This document shows positions 51,990 to 63,370 of a DNA stretch of 64,000 bases, one piece after another (the first letter of the stretch is position 1; the number at the start of each line of letters is the position of its first letter). The position numbers and the translations under genes are program-made. Origin of the DNA: an uncultured Nitrospinota bacterium (GTDB taxonomy: Bacteria > Nitrospinota > Nitrospinia > CAJXCL01); the NCBI GenBank assembly GCA_964394335.1, contig CAYMVZ010000001.1:7360-71359 (forward strand), given 5' to 3'. Below the pieces are notes generated by a model, which did not search any database, was not told where the DNA came from, and saw only the letters and a list, made by a program, of their open reading frames with translations.

Positions 51990-54200
51990 TCACAGAATGT
52001 GCTCTTCCCCGAGCACTGCAAGTTTTTTAGTAGCATCATTTAATCTCGACAAAAGAGAACTAATAATTTTAAACGAAATGTCCGGATAATTGTCCAATGT
52101 CTCTCTTATTTTATCACCAGGAAACACCTTAACAATGCTCTTTCCTTTTGAAATAATAGTAGCGTTTCTTGCGGTCCCCAGCAGAGCGCTCATCTCTCCA
52201 AAATATTCTCCTGGCTGGGAAATTTCCGAGATTTTGACGCCATCCTTTAATATTTCCAGTCTTCCCTGCATTAACTGGTAAAAATTGGTATCCGTATTTC
52301 CTTCGTTAATAATTAAATCATCGTTCTCAAAAATTAATTCATCTGGATTTAAAAGATAGCCAGGAAGAGCTTCCTTAACCAGTACTGTATTTTTTAAAAC
52401 CTCATCCACAGTAGTTGTTCCTTCTTTGACCTTTTGGATAGCCTCCATCCTTAAAGTTATCATCCCTTCCTTGATTGCGGTTTTTCTCAACTGGTCTTCC
52501 GGGACCTGGGCGGTAATAGCTTTTTTTACTTCTTCTGTAACCGTCATAATTTCATAAACCGCGACACGACCCTTGTATCCTTTTCCGTTGCATTTAGGGC
52601 ACCCTTTACCCCGCATAATTTTAATGTCGTCAATTTCTTTTTCATCAAACCCTATTCCTATTAAAAACTGTTTATCTTTTTTGACATTAGGGTCTTCTTC
52701 TTTGCAGTCTACACAAATGCGACGCATTAATCTCTGAGCGACTACCATGGTCAATGCAGAGGACACCATGTACCCCGGGATGCCAATATCTATAATTCTT
52801 CCTACTGTTGAAGGGCAGTCATTAGTATGCAGGGTGCTGAAAACGAGGTGTCCTGTCATAGCTGCTTTGATGGCGATTTCAGCTGTTTCCGCGTCTCTAA
52901 TTTCTCCTACCAGAATAATTTCCGGGTCTTGCCTTAAAAATGACTTCAAGGCAGCGGCAAAGGTCATCCCCACTTCATTTCGAACCAGAACCTGGTTAAT
53001 GCCGGGAAAGTTAAACTCAACAGGGTCTTCAGCAGTTAATATTTTCGTATCCACACTGTTAAGAGAGTTAATTGCGGAATAAAGCGTGGTTGTTTTACCA
53101 CTACCGGTCGGACCTGTAACCAGTACGAGCCCAAACGGCTGCTTAATAGCTTTTTCGAAATTTGCAAATCCCTCAACAGTAAAACCAAGTTTTGTGAGAT
53201 CAACATTTAAATTGCCCTTGTCCAAAATACGAAGAACAATGGATTCTCCAAATAAAGTCGGCAAAACAGAAACACGGAAGTCAACGGATTTGCTCTTTCC
53301 AAGACGCATTTTTATTCTGCCATCCTGTGGAACTCGTCTTTCGGCAATATTTAAATTGGATAGTATCTTAAACCTGGAAACTAAAGCATTCTTAATCTGG
53401 ATAGGAAGGTTAAGGGAGACATAAAGGGCTCCATCCTGTCTGTATCTCACACGAAACGTCTTTTCATATGGTTCGATGTGAATATCGCTGGCTCCGAGTC
53501 TAACAGCCTTTGTTAATATTCCATTTACCAGTTTAATAATCGGCGCTGCCTCTGCGGTCAGCTCATCTTTTATTTCCTCTTCTTCCTCTACAGTTACCTC
53601 ATCAGCAGCCTCAGAAACAAGGGAACCGATATCATCAACTTCCTTAATTTCTATTGCTGGTTCTCCTCCATCTTTTGAAATATCCTTAAAAAAACTTTTG
53701 TACTCCTCTTCACTAATCTTGTAATATTTTTTATATGCATTAATTATATCTTTTTCTTTTGAAACTACTGCTTTAATAGAAAGCTTGGTTAAAAGCTGAG
53801 TCTCTTCAATAGCTTCGTTATCAGTTGGGTCAGCCATAGCCAGAGTTAACACATCGTTGGCTACACGAATTGGAAACACCAGGTATTGTTTAGCCTGTTC
53901 ATAAGTTAAAATTTTCATTGTAGCCGGGTTAATCATTAATTCAGATATATTGACTATAGGATAATTGAGCTGACGGCTGAGAAACGACAAAAGCGTATCT
54001 TCATCGATATATCCAAGTTGAATAAGGACGTTTCCCATCTTGGCATCAATTTTTTTTCGTGCTGCAATAGCTTCATTCAGCTGATCTTTTGTAATCTGTC
54101 CTTCTTTCCTAAGCATCTCTCCAAGTTTTTCGTACTTTACCGCACTTTTGCTGACACTTTTTTTGAAAGAAGTTTTCCTTTCTGCAGTTGCTTGAGCCAT
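51990..54200 (-). CDS. PilB/GspE-family secretion ATPase fused to a C-terminal cNMP-binding domain.
   Basis: T2SSE_N-like N-terminus. GPTGSGKTT. CVDC...CPKC zinc motif. C-terminal GEYFGEMSALLGTARNATIIS cNMP signature. Confidence 0.8.
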   Translation of the reverse strand: MAQATAERKTSFKKSVSKSAVKYEKLGEMLRKEGQITKDQLNEAIAARKKIDAKMGNVLIQLGYIDEDTLLSFLSRQLNYPIVNISELMINPATMKILTYEQAKQYLVFPIRVANDVLTLAMADPTDNEAIEETQLLTKLSIKAVVSKEKDIINAYKKYYKISEEEYKSFFKDISKDGGEPAIEIKEVDDIGSLVSEAADEVTVEEEEEIKDELTAEAAPIIKLVNGILTKAVRLGASDIHIEPYEKTFRVRYRQDGALYVSLNLPIQIKNALVSRFKILSNLNIAERRVPQDGRIKMRLGKSKSVDFRVSVLPTLFGESIVLRILDKGNLNVDLTKLGFTVEGFANFEKAIKQPFGLVLVTGPTGSGKTTTLYSAINSLNSVDTKILTAEDPVEFNFPGINQVLVRNEVGMTFAAALKSFLRQDPEIILVGEIRDAETAEIAIKAAMTGHLVFSTLHTNDCPSTVGRIIDIGIPGYMVSSALTMVVAQRLMRRICVDCKEEDPNVKKDKQFLIGIGFDEKEIDDIKIMRGKGCPKCNGKGYKGRVAVYEIMTVTEEVKKAITAQVPEDQLRKTAIKEGMITLRMEAIQKVKEGTTTVDEVLKNTVLVKEALPGYLLNPDELIFENDDLIINEGNTDTNFYQLMQGRLEILKDGVKISEISQPGEYFGEMSALLGTARNATIISKGKSIVKVFPGDKIRETLDNYPDISFKIISSLLSRLNDATKKLAVLGEEHIL

Positions 54201-54369
54201 AAATTACACCTCTTGCATATTTAATGATTGCTTAATTCGATATTATAAAATATATAGCGATTAATCAAGTCAATATTAATTTGCGCCTTTTTATTCACTC
54301 CAAAAACTTGTGGCTATATGTTTTGCCCCACTTGCTACGGAATGGAATTTCTGCAATAATCTTGACTAA

Positions 54370-55158
54370 ATGTTTGTAACTATTGTTGAAAATAATGAAA
54401 TCTCTACCGGTTACTTTCGTCTTGTCATTCATTCCCCCGAGTTAGCCGAGAATACAAAACCCGGACAATTTATTATGGTGAAGGTTGGTGATAATTATGA
54501 TCCCCTGCTCCGCCGTCCCATGGGGATTTATAAAATCTCAAACAAAGATAATAACCCTTGCGTGGAACTCCTTTACCAGGTAGTAGGTAAGGGCACTGCC
54601 ATAATGCAGAAGATGAAAAAAGGAGAGCAGCTGGATATCTTAGGTCCGTTTGGCAATGGTTTTGCGATTCCGCAAAATATTAAAATAGCAGTTTTTGTAG
54701 CAGGGGGCATTGGGATTGCCCCGCTCGTTTTGTTAGCAGAAAAAATGGTAAAGGAGGTAACGGATTTAAAGACTTATCTTTTTATCGGTGGAAAAAGCAA
54801 AAATGATGTTTTATGCATCAATGATTTTGAAAAATTAAATACTGAAATCAGTATTACAACAGAAAACGGCTCTCTTGGAAACCAGGGGCTTGTGACAAAC
54901 TCTTTAAGGAAATTTATTGATCAAAAAGCGAACGGTCAAACATCGCTCTTTGCATGCGGTCCTTACCAGATGCTTAAAGCAGTATCGGAACTAACTGCTA
55001 AGAAGAATATTCGCTGCCAGGTTTCCCTTGACCGGAGAATGGCCTGTGGCTTTGGAGCTTGTTTGGGATGTGTTATTAAAGTAACCCAGGGGAATAAGGG
55101 ATCATATAAAAATGTTTGCACTGACGGGCCTGTTTTTGATGCAAACGAAATTTACTGA
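54370..55158 (+). CDS. pyrK: Dihydroorotate dehydrogenase electron-transfer subunit.
   Basis: FAD/NAD-binding pattern. C-terminal CGFGACLGCV 2Fe-2S cluster. Upstream of pyrD. Confidence 0.8.
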   Translation: MFVTIVENNEISTGYFRLVIHSPELAENTKPGQFIMVKVGDNYDPLLRRPMGIYKISNKDNNPCVELLYQVVGKGTAIMQKMKKGEQLDILGPFGNGFAIPQNIKIAVFVAGGIGIAPLVLLAEKMVKEVTDLKTYLFIGGKSKNDVLCINDFEKLNTEISITTENGSLGNQGLVTNSLRKFIDQKANGQTSLFACGPYQMLKAVSELTAKKNIRCQVSLDRRMACGFGACLGCVIKVTQGNKGSYKNVCTDGPVFDANEIY

Positions 55159-55191
55159 TAAAAATTTGCCTTTACCTTTTTTTTCTAATTC

Positions 55192-56127
55192 ATGTCGACA
55201 GAGCGTAAAAAAGAGAACATAAATCTATCAGTTGAAATAGCAGGGATTCAGTTTCAAAATCCAATATTAACTGCCTCCGGAACTTTTGGCTATGGCCTGG
55301 AATATGCTGATTTTATTGATTTAAACCGATTAGGTGGGATAGTAGTCAAAGGGCTTTCCATAAAACCCTCTTATGGAAATTCCCCTCCCCGCATAGTCGA
55401 AACCGCTTCCGGCATGTTAAATTCCATTGGTTTGCAAAATATTGGAATTGAGGTGTTTGTACATGAAAAACTTCCTCTTCTTAAAAAGTTTAATACTAAT
55501 ATTATTGTGAATTTTTTTGGTGATACTCAGGATGAATATGTCCTTGCAGCGGAAAGATTAAATGACGTTGCAAAAATTGCCGCCCTGGAAATGAACATTT
55601 CTTGTCCAAATGTAGAAAAAGGCGGTCTTACCTTTGGTACTGACCCCAAAGTAACGGAGGAGCTTGTTAGAAAAGTAAAAAAAATTACCTCTTTACCACT
55701 TATTGTTAAACTATCTCCTAATGTCACGGATATTGTTGTTATGGCAAAGGCTGCCGCGAATGGGGGAGCTGACGCTTTATCTATTATCAATACTTTACTT
55801 GGCATGGCTATAGATGTTCATTCACGCCGTCCCATGCTGGCAAACATTACCGGAGGTCTTTCCGGTCCTGCCATTAAACCTGTTGCCTTGCGAATGGTAT
55901 GGCAGGTGGCTAAAACAGTAAATATACCGATAATAGGTATAGGCGGTATTATGAACTCTCAGGACGCACTGGAATTTATCATTGCCGGCGCTAGCGCCGT
56001 TCAAGTTGGCACCGCCAATTTCATTGATCCTTCAATGTCAGTTAAAATTCTTGAAGGGATTAAAAATTATTGTGAAAAGGATAAGATAGGGGATATCAAA
56101 GACCTGATTGGAACATTAAGAAGCTAA
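55192..56127 (+). CDS. pyrD: Dihydroorotate dehydrogenase catalytic subunit (class 1B).
   Basis: IAGIQFQNPILTASGTFGYG; 311 aa. Confidence 0.85.
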   Translation: MSTERKKENINLSVEIAGIQFQNPILTASGTFGYGLEYADFIDLNRLGGIVVKGLSIKPSYGNSPPRIVETASGMLNSIGLQNIGIEVFVHEKLPLLKKFNTNIIVNFFGDTQDEYVLAAERLNDVAKIAALEMNISCPNVEKGGLTFGTDPKVTEELVRKVKKITSLPLIVKLSPNVTDIVVMAKAAANGGADALSIINTLLGMAIDVHSRRPMLANITGGLSGPAIKPVALRMVWQVAKTVNIPIIGIGGIMNSQDALEFIIAGASAVQVGTANFIDPSMSVKILEGIKNYCEKDKIGDIKDLIGTLRS

Positions 56128-56405
56128 CTCTTCTTTGAGCTCTTCTAAAGTCGCGTACAATGTTTCGAAGCTGCTTTAATAGTGCTTTCCTTCTTATTAT
56201 CAATTCTTTTACCTGTAAATTTTCATAAGTTCTTCTTCAACACTGAAATGGACAAATAAAAGTTACTTTCATAATATTATCCGGTCATACGCAACTGTTT
56301 AAAAAGTTAATTTAAATTAGGTAAAATTATATAAAGGCACTTATTTGCATATCTTGTAATAGTCCAATATAATAGGTTGAAAAATAGACCAGTTTTTTTC
56401 CATTT

Positions 56406-56711
56406 ATGTCACGAATATCCCCGTATACCATTTTAAACATTTTTCGTTCATTCAGAACGCTTCCATTCTGGATTAAACTCATATGGAGGCTCTTTAAGGA
56501 CAGGAGAGTCCCGTTTCGCATAAAATTAATTCCTTTAGCGGCTCTTGTCTATCTTATTTCCCCGCTTGATTTTCTACCGGATTTACTTATTCCGATATTT
56601 GGATTTGCAGACGATTTGGCTATTTTATTTTTTTCATTCAGCATATTTATTAGACTCTGTCCCCAGAATGTGGTTGCCGAGCATATAGCAGAGATAAATA
56701 AGAGGGAATAA
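56406..56711 (+). CDS. DUF1232 (YkvA-like) small membrane protein.
   Basis: LIPIFGFADDLAILFF motif. Confidence 0.5.
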   Translation: MSRISPYTILNIFRSFRTLPFWIKLIWRLFKDRRVPFRIKLIPLAALVYLISPLDFLPDLLIPIFGFADDLAILFFSFSIFIRLCPQNVVAEHIAEINKRE

Positions 56712-56818
56712 GGTAATAATGGTTACTAATAAAAAAGATAGGAAATAAACAGATATTTAGAACAATTTTAAAAATCACTATAACGATTAATAACCACGGA
56801 TTGTGCAGATAAAAAATA

Positions 56819-57940
56819 ATGAAAGCTTTACTGGCATTTGCAGACGGAAGAATATTTGAAGGGCGCTCTTTTGGGGCTACTGGAGAAGCAGTAGGTGAGT
56901 TGGTTTTTAATACCAGTATGATGGGATACCAGGAGATTCTTACAGACCCTTCTTATGAAGGACAGATGGTGGTTATGACTTATCCGCTTATTGGTAATTA
57001 TGGCGTTAATTCAGAAGACTTTGAATCTGCAAGACCGTGGGCCAGAGGCTTTGTTGTAAAAGAAAACAGCGGTATTCACGTCAACTGGAGGTCAAAACTC
57101 TCTTTAGATCAATTTTTAAAAAAACATAAAATTATTGGAATAGAAGGAGTTGATACCAGGGCCATAACTATCCACATACGGAACAAGGGAGCCCAGGAAG
57201 CAGTAATATCCACCACAGACTTAAACCCGGAAAGCCTTGTAGAAAAAGCCGGCCAATCCTCAGGTTTAGTTGGAAAAGACATGGTTAAGAACGTTACCTG
57301 TTCTAAAAAATATTCCTGGACCGAGGGAACCTGGGAACTGGGAAAGGGTTATAGTCAAAACCATTCTTCAGTGAAAAAGTTTAAAGTTGTTGCTTATGAT
57401 TTTGGAATTAAAAAAAATATTTTGAGAATGCTTATACAGCACGGTTGTGAAGTAACAGTGGTGCCGGCTTTTACAAAATCAAATGAAGTTTTACCTCTTA
57501 ATCCTGATGGTATTTTTTTATCTAATGGACCCGGAGATCCGGCAGGAGTGCCTTACGCAATCAATAGTGTAAAGCAATTAATCGGGAAAAAACCAATTTT
57601 CGGGATTTGTCTTGGGCACCAGATTCTTTGTCTGGCGTTAGGCGCAAAATCTTTTAAACTTCGCTTTGGGCACCGGGGAGGCAATCAACCGGTGATTGAC
57701 TTAACAACCAAAAAAGTTGAAATAACTTCACAGAACCATGGGTTTGCCATAGTTAATGAGAGTTTGTCCGAAGATTTAGAACAGACGCATATCAATTTAA
57801 ACGATAAAACATTAGAGGGTGTACGCCATAAAACACTTCCGATATTTTCCGTCCAATATCATCCTGAATCTTCACCGGGTCCCCATGATGCCGGTTATCT
57901 TTTTGAAAATTTTATTAAAATGATGAAAGGTGCTTTCTGA
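56819..57940 (+). CDS. carA: Carbamoyl-phosphate synthase small subunit.
   Basis: GICLGHQ glutamine amidotransferase active site; 373 aa. Confidence 0.9.
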   Translation: MKALLAFADGRIFEGRSFGATGEAVGELVFNTSMMGYQEILTDPSYEGQMVVMTYPLIGNYGVNSEDFESARPWARGFVVKENSGIHVNWRSKLSLDQFLKKHKIIGIEGVDTRAITIHIRNKGAQEAVISTTDLNPESLVEKAGQSSGLVGKDMVKNVTCSKKYSWTEGTWELGKGYSQNHSSVKKFKVVAYDFGIKKNILRMLIQHGCEVTVVPAFTKSNEVLPLNPDGIFLSNGPGDPAGVPYAINSVKQLIGKKPIFGICLGHQILCLALGAKSFKLRFGHRGGNQPVIDLTTKKVEITSQNHGFAIVNESLSEDLEQTHINLNDKTLEGVRHKTLPIFSVQYHPESSPGPHDAGYLFENFIKMMKGAF

Positions 57941-58561
57941 ATGTTTCAAGAATATATGGATAAGCTTGTAGAGGCGGTAGCCACAAAAGAATTTTCTGAA
58001 GAAGTTATTAAAGCAAAAAAAGAATATTTCTCTAAAGTTGGAGAAATTTTTGAAGATGATACATATTTTGAAAATAAAATGGTTTCATTTACGGAATGGT
58101 ATTGTTTTGATCGAATATCTGAAAAATATCAAAAATCCCCCCTTGAACATTTTATTGATAGCAACATGCTATCCTGGAATAAGGAAAAATTAGATATTTA
58201 CACAGGTTTTTTAAAGAATATTCATTCAGTTTTTTACATAAATAAAATAAAAAAAAGTGAAGTTGTTATTCAAGATATGTGTGATTCAAATAAATTCACA
58301 ATCTCTATGAATCAATCAAATCTTATCTTTCACAAAAGAGACGTCTTTGAAGCCCGTCTTATTCCCTTTAAGGAAAAATATTTTTTTTCCGGTTCTTTTT
58401 GCTTCCATCCAAAGCAGTTATATAGAAAAATTAGAAAAACTTTAAAGAAAAAATCAATTAATCAGACAGAAAAAATGGAATTTCTATTCCTTCTTTCCTC
58501 AATGAGTTTAAAATTAGAACGATCAAGAAACATAAACTATAAAGATATTTATAAGATTTAA
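57941..58561 (+). CDS. Hypothetical 206 aa protein inserted between carA and carB. Start overlaps the carA stop (TGAATG).
   Basis: Intact ORF with no recognisable motif; translationally coupled position. Confidence 0.4.
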   Translation: MFQEYMDKLVEAVATKEFSEEVIKAKKEYFSKVGEIFEDDTYFENKMVSFTEWYCFDRISEKYQKSPLEHFIDSNMLSWNKEKLDIYTGFLKNIHSVFYINKIKKSEVVIQDMCDSNKFTISMNQSNLIFHKRDVFEARLIPFKEKYFFSGSFCFHPKQLYRKIRKTLKKKSINQTEKMEFLFLLSSMSLKLERSRNINYKDIYKI

Positions 58562-58608
58562 CAGTTAGGGTACTGCCGCTTAGTGGCTGAACCAGCATTT
58601 TATAAACT

Positions 58609-61600
58609 ATGCCAAAACAAACAGATATTAAAAAAATATTGCTGATCGGTTCGGGACCCATTGTGATAGGGCAGGCATGCGAGTTTGATTATTCTGGAAC
58701 GCAGGCATGTAAAGCATTAAGAGAAGAAGGTTTTTACATTATTCTTCTTAACAGCAACCCTGCCACTATTATGACTGATCCGGAAATAGCGGATAGAACT
58801 TACATTGAACCTATTACTCCTGAAATTGTTAAAAAAATAATCGAAAAAGAAAAACCAGACGCTATTCTGCCTACCATGGGAGGACAAACAGCATTAAACA
58901 TTGCATTGAATGTTGCTGAAGACGGTTTTCTCAAAAAACATGGGGTGCAGTTAATTGGAGCTAACGAAAAAACTATTAAAAAAGCGGAAGATAGAAACCT
59001 GTTTAAAGAGGCTATGTGGAATATCGGCTTGAATGTTCCGAAAAGCAGCTATATCAATTCACAGACAGAAGCGATGAGTGTGATAAAAAAAATAGGTTTC
59101 CCGGCCGTCATAAGGCCATCTTTTACTTTGGGAGGTACAGGAGGCAATATCGCTTTCAACCAAAAAGAATATGAAAACTATGTGGCCTGGGCTCTCGATG
59201 CCAGTCCGGTTAATCAAGTTTTGATTGAGGAATCAGTCCTTGGATGGAAAGAGTATGAACTGGAAGTCATGCGTGACAAAAAAGATAACGTGGTCATTGT
59301 TTGTTCTATTGAAAATTTTGACCCTATGGGTGTTCATACAGGCGATAGTATTACCGTTGCGCCGGCCCAGACTCTTACTGATAAAGAATATCAAATAATG
59401 AGAGACGCATCTATCCGGATTATTCGAGAGATTGGAGTGGAGACAGGTGGCTCCAACATCCAGTTTGCTGTAAACCCGGAGAATGGACATCTGACTGTAA
59501 TTGAAATGAACCCCCGTGTTTCACGTAGTTCCGCGCTTGCTTCCAAGGCTACGGGCTTTCCTATAGCCAAAATAGCCGCTAAACTCGCCGTGGGCTATAC
59601 ATTAGATGAAATTCAAAACGATATTACCCGGGAGACCCCGGCTTCATTTGAACCTACTATTGATTACTGTGTGGTTAAATTTCCCCGTTTTAATTTTGAA
59701 AAGTTTCCGGATGCAAACCAGACACTTACCTCACAAATGAAGTCAGTAGGCGAAGCTATGTCTATCGGACGCACATTTAAAGAAGCATTACAGAAATCGA
59801 TGAGATCGCTTGAAATAGATAGTTATGGATTTGAAAGCCATTTTTCAAAAAACCAGATACCACAAATTAAAAAACTGGAGATTATAAAAGAAAAGCTTAC
59901 CGTGCCTAACTGGGAAAGGGTCTGGATTATTGCCGATGCTCTCCGGATGGGTATGTCTATAGGGGAAATTTTTAATCTTACAAAAATAAACGAATGGTTC
60001 CTTTATAATTTAAAGGAAATTGTGGATTTTGAAGAAGAGATAAAGAGAAAAGGAAAAAAAAAGCTGCCGGAGAAATCCATTCTTGCGCGGGCGAAGGAAC
60101 TTGGGTTTTCTGATGTACGACTGGGAAAGCTGCTTCAATTGGATGAAAAAAGTATCCGAAAGGAAAGACAACTGAGAGGGATAAAAGCTACCTTTAAGAA
60201 TGTGGATACCTGCGGCGCTGAATTTGAGGCGTATACCCCTTACTTGTACTCAACTTACGAAAGTGAATGTGAGGCCAAACCTACTGATAAGAAAAAAATG
60301 ATGATCCTTGGGGGAGGGCCTAACAGGATAGGACAAGGCATTGAATTTGATTATTGCTGTGTTCATTGCTCCTTTGCGCTTAAAGAAGAGGGATATGAAA
60401 CAATTATGGTCAATTGCAACCCGGAAACGGTAAGCACTGACTATGATACATCAGACCGCCTTTATTTTGAGCCTTTGACATTTGAAGATGTTATGAACAT
60501 AGTTGAAGTTGAAAAACCATGGGGAGTCATTGTGCAGTTTGGTGGCCAAACGCCATTGAAACTTGCTGTCTCACTAAAAAATGCAGGTGTTAAGATTTTA
60601 GGGACTTCCCCTGAAAGTATTGACAGGGCAGAAGACAGGCAGTTATTTAAAGATTTGATCCATAAACTTAATTTGAGACAACCTGACAACGGAACCGCAA
60701 CGTCCATGGAAGAAGCTGAAAAGGTTGCTGAAAAAATCGGGTACCCTGTTGTTGTGCGCCCCTCTTATGTTTTAGGAGGCCGGGCAATGGAAATCGTTTA
60801 TGACAGGGAAAGCATCGAATCCTATATGAGTAATGCAGTACAGGCGTCCCCTGATCACCCGGTATTGATAGACAAGTTCCTGGATTCTGCTGTGGAAGTT
60901 GATGTAGATGCAATTTCAGACGGACATCAAGTGGTTGTTGGAGGGATTATGGAACATATAGAAGAGGCAGGCATCCATTCGGGTGATTCAGCCTGTTCCT
61001 TAATGACCAGAACTATACCGGAAAATGTACTCGATGAAATCAGGCGGCAAACAAGGCTCCTGGCTCTCGAACTTAATGTTATAGGGCTGATAAATATTCA
61101 GTTTGCAATCAAAAAGGAGGACGTTTATATTCTCGAGGTTAATCCCAGGGCGTCACGAACAATCCCTTTCGTAAGCAAGACAATTGGAGTCCCTCTGGCA
61201 AAACTGGCAGCAAAAGTAATGGCAGGTAAAACCTTATCCGAGTTGGGATTTACAGAAGAAGTAAAAATTAATCATATCGCAGTAAAAGAATCGGTTTTTC
61301 CTTTTATCAAATTTCCTAATGTCGATACCATCCTGGGGCCGGAGATGAAATCCACCGGGGAGGCAATGGGCATCGACAAAACTTTTGGTCTGGCATTTGC
61401 CAAATCGCAGGCGGCCTCCGGAACAAGCCTTCCTTTAACAGGCACTGTCTTTCTCAGTGTAAAGGATGAAGACAAACCCTCTGCAGTCAAAATTGCCCGG
61501 CAATTATCCCAATCAGGATTTAAAATAATGGCAACAAAAGGAACAGCCAATGCAATTAGAAAAGCCGGGATGGAAGTGAAATCCGTGTTGAAAGTAAAAG

Positions 61601-61830
61601 AAGGCCACCCCCATATTGTAGATCATTTAACCAATAAAGAAATTGACCTTGTTGTGAACACCACCTTTGGCAAGCAGGCTATTATAGATTCTTATTCACT
61701 CCGGCGGACCTCTTTAACACGCGGTATTCCTTATTGCACTACTATAGCAGGCGCTTTTGCCGCTATATCCGCAATTCAAACTTTACAACAGCAATCATTG
61801 GATGTCTGCCCAATTCAAGAATATTTTTAG
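58609..61830 (+). CDS. carB: Carbamoyl-phosphate synthase large subunit.
   Basis: Duplicated ATP-grasp halves; 1073 aa. Confidence 0.95.
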   Translation: MPKQTDIKKILLIGSGPIVIGQACEFDYSGTQACKALREEGFYIILLNSNPATIMTDPEIADRTYIEPITPEIVKKIIEKEKPDAILPTMGGQTALNIALNVAEDGFLKKHGVQLIGANEKTIKKAEDRNLFKEAMWNIGLNVPKSSYINSQTEAMSVIKKIGFPAVIRPSFTLGGTGGNIAFNQKEYENYVAWALDASPVNQVLIEESVLGWKEYELEVMRDKKDNVVIVCSIENFDPMGVHTGDSITVAPAQTLTDKEYQIMRDASIRIIREIGVETGGSNIQFAVNPENGHLTVIEMNPRVSRSSALASKATGFPIAKIAAKLAVGYTLDEIQNDITRETPASFEPTIDYCVVKFPRFNFEKFPDANQTLTSQMKSVGEAMSIGRTFKEALQKSMRSLEIDSYGFESHFSKNQIPQIKKLEIIKEKLTVPNWERVWIIADALRMGMSIGEIFNLTKINEWFLYNLKEIVDFEEEIKRKGKKKLPEKSILARAKELGFSDVRLGKLLQLDEKSIRKERQLRGIKATFKNVDTCGAEFEAYTPYLYSTYESECEAKPTDKKKMMILGGGPNRIGQGIEFDYCCVHCSFALKEEGYETIMVNCNPETVSTDYDTSDRLYFEPLTFEDVMNIVEVEKPWGVIVQFGGQTPLKLAVSLKNAGVKILGTSPESIDRAEDRQLFKDLIHKLNLRQPDNGTATSMEEAEKVAEKIGYPVVVRPSYVLGGRAMEIVYDRESIESYMSNAVQASPDHPVLIDKFLDSAVEVDVDAISDGHQVVVGGIMEHIEEAGIHSGDSACSLMTRTIPENVLDEIRRQTRLLALELNVIGLINIQFAIKKEDVYILEVNPRASRTIPFVSKTIGVPLAKLAAKVMAGKTLSELGFTEEVKINHIAVKESVFPFIKFPNVDTILGPEMKSTGEAMGIDKTFGLAFAKSQAASGTSLPLTGTVFLSVKDEDKPSAVKIARQLSQSGFKIMATKGTANAIRKAGMEVKSVLKVKEGHPHIVDHLTNKEIDLVVNTTFGKQAIIDSYSLRRTSLTRGIPYCTTIAGAFAAISAIQTLQQQSLDVCPIQEYF

Positions 61831-62001
61831 CAGGTGTGATTTTTTTTTTGAAATTCGGGGGTTTAATCGGGTTTCCTAAAACGGTAAAGTTTTTCATTTC
61901 GACTGAAAGGAGAAATCCTTAACTTCTATCTGATCAATAGCTTAGGATTTCTCGCTCCGCTCCAACTGACGGCATAGAAAATCATCACTCTAAGGGTGGT
62001 A

Positions 62002-62436
62002 CTAAGATTCATGGTAGGTCACATGCATATGTTCAAAAACGCGCTGGATTTCTTTCTTAGACATAACAACAGGAGGGCGGATCTGTTTTTTTGCTCTGAC
62101 AGGATCAATATCATCAGAAAGCGGAAGGTCCAATACTTGTTTGTAAAGAAAAATAATAGCATTTAAAGCTTGTCTTTGGGTTGCAGCCGCAACCTTTCTG
62201 TTACTTGCCAGATGGCTTAAAAACTTTTCAATCTCAGTTTTGCCCATTTCTTTAGGATGTTTTTTATAGTCATAGAATTTCAGGTAATGAACAATCCACT
62301 CACAATAGGTCTGTTCAGTTCTATAAGCATAATGATGATATCTTAATACTTGTCTGACCTGATCCATCAGTTTTAATTTTGGATCGGGTCTAAATTTACT
62401 CTTGCTTTCCATAGAAACATTTAATAAAGTATTCAA
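62002..62436 (-). pseudogene. intI: Truncated integron-type tyrosine recombinase (intI N-terminal SAM-like domain only, 144 aa; catalytic domain missing).
   Basis: …RTEQTYCEWIVHYLKFYDYKKHPKEMGKTEIEKFLSHLASNRKVAAATQRQALNAIIFLYKQVL…IRPPVVMSKKEIQRVFEHM aligns residue-by-residue with the IntI1 N-terminus. Only ~170 bp remain before carB. Confidence 0.6.
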
Positions 62437-62647
62437 AAAAAAACAAGCATCATCAAAATTTCCATGTTTGATGCTTTAATATTCAATAACATAGAAAATT
62501 GCTACAATATTCAATATATATGTAAAACATGGAAAACACAACCATTTTTTTCCATGTTTTGCTATTCAATATACCAATAGGTGGAAAATATTACATGCTA
62601 TAAGGGTAATAGATAGAAACTGTTTCCATCTATCAACAATGTTAGGA
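62437..62647 (+). promoter_or_regulatory. attI-like region with direct repeats (ttccatgtttgatgc / ttccatgttttgc / aaaacatggaaaac), ending in the core site GTTAGGA at 62641..62647.
   Basis: Located between the divergent intI remnant and the first cassette ORF. GTTAGGA is the exact inverse of the attC R'' TCCTAAC at 63204. Confidence 0.4.
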
Positions 62648-62654
62648 TTAAAAA

Positions 62655-63209
62655 ATGAAAATTGAATGGTCTGTAGTAGCTACAATAGCAGCGCCAATTA
62701 TTGCATTGTTTATTGGCGCCGCTCTAGATTCTTATCTTAGAAAAAAATCTAAGCTCATTGCTTATTTTGGCCATATTGCCGACTTTAGAATTAAAAAAGT
62801 AAATACTACTGCTGTATATACGCACAGTTTAGTCATTAGAAATGCAGGGAAATTAGCAGCTAACAATGTACGCCTAGGACATTATGCTATGCCTCCTGAT
62901 TTTCATATATCTCCTGCAATAGAACATGAAGTAAAAAACATACCGGACTCAGGTCAGGAAATTCTATTTCCAAAACTGGTGCCAAACGAACAGATAACCA
63001 TCTCTTATCTTTATTTTGTTGCAATCGAAGCAGGTCGAATCCATTCTTATTTAAAAAGCGACGAAGGATTCGCAAAAGTAATACCTGTCATTACGCAGCA
63101 AAGATTTCCGAAATGGGTTGGTAATTTAACAGTTATTTTGGCTTTAGTTGGAATAATAGCTTTGCTCTACATTTTCTACTCATTTATAAGTGGCATAGAA
63201 AAATCCTAA
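62655..63209 (+). CDS. Integron cassette ORF: 184 aa protein with N- and C-terminal TM helices, unknown function.
   Basis: Starts 8 nt after GTTAGGA. Stop overlaps the attC R'' site. Confidence 0.45.
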   Translation: MKIEWSVVATIAAPIIALFIGAALDSYLRKKSKLIAYFGHIADFRIKKVNTTAVYTHSLVIRNAGKLAANNVRLGHYAMPPDFHISPAIEHEVKNIPDSGQEILFPKLVPNEQITISYLYFVAIEAGRIHSYLKSDEGFAKVIPVITQQRFPKWVGNLTVILALVGIIALLYIFYSFISGIEKS

Positions 63210-63333
63210 CAATTTGGTGCACATGACAGTGAACAGTGAGTCGCCGTTTCATAAGACCCACTGCTATCAAAGGTTTCTGTATTTCAGAGTTTATATTGCC
63301 TTTGTTCACTGCCTGTGACCAAGGTCGTTAGGC
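63204..63333 (+). other. attC recombination site (~130 bp imperfect palindrome).
   Basis: R'' TCCTAAC (63204-63210) and R' GTTAGGC (63327-63333). Inner arms ttggtgcacatgacagtgaacag versus ctgttcactgcctgtgaccaa. Confidence 0.5.
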
Positions 63334-63370
63334 GGCAGTACGGATATTTCTCACAGATCAGGGGTTGAAC

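Noticed and set aside
51999-52016. gtgctcttccccgagcac hairpin as a bidirectional terminator.
   Set aside because: It lies inside the C-terminal coding sequence (…AVLGEEHIL) of the minus-strand PilB-like gene.
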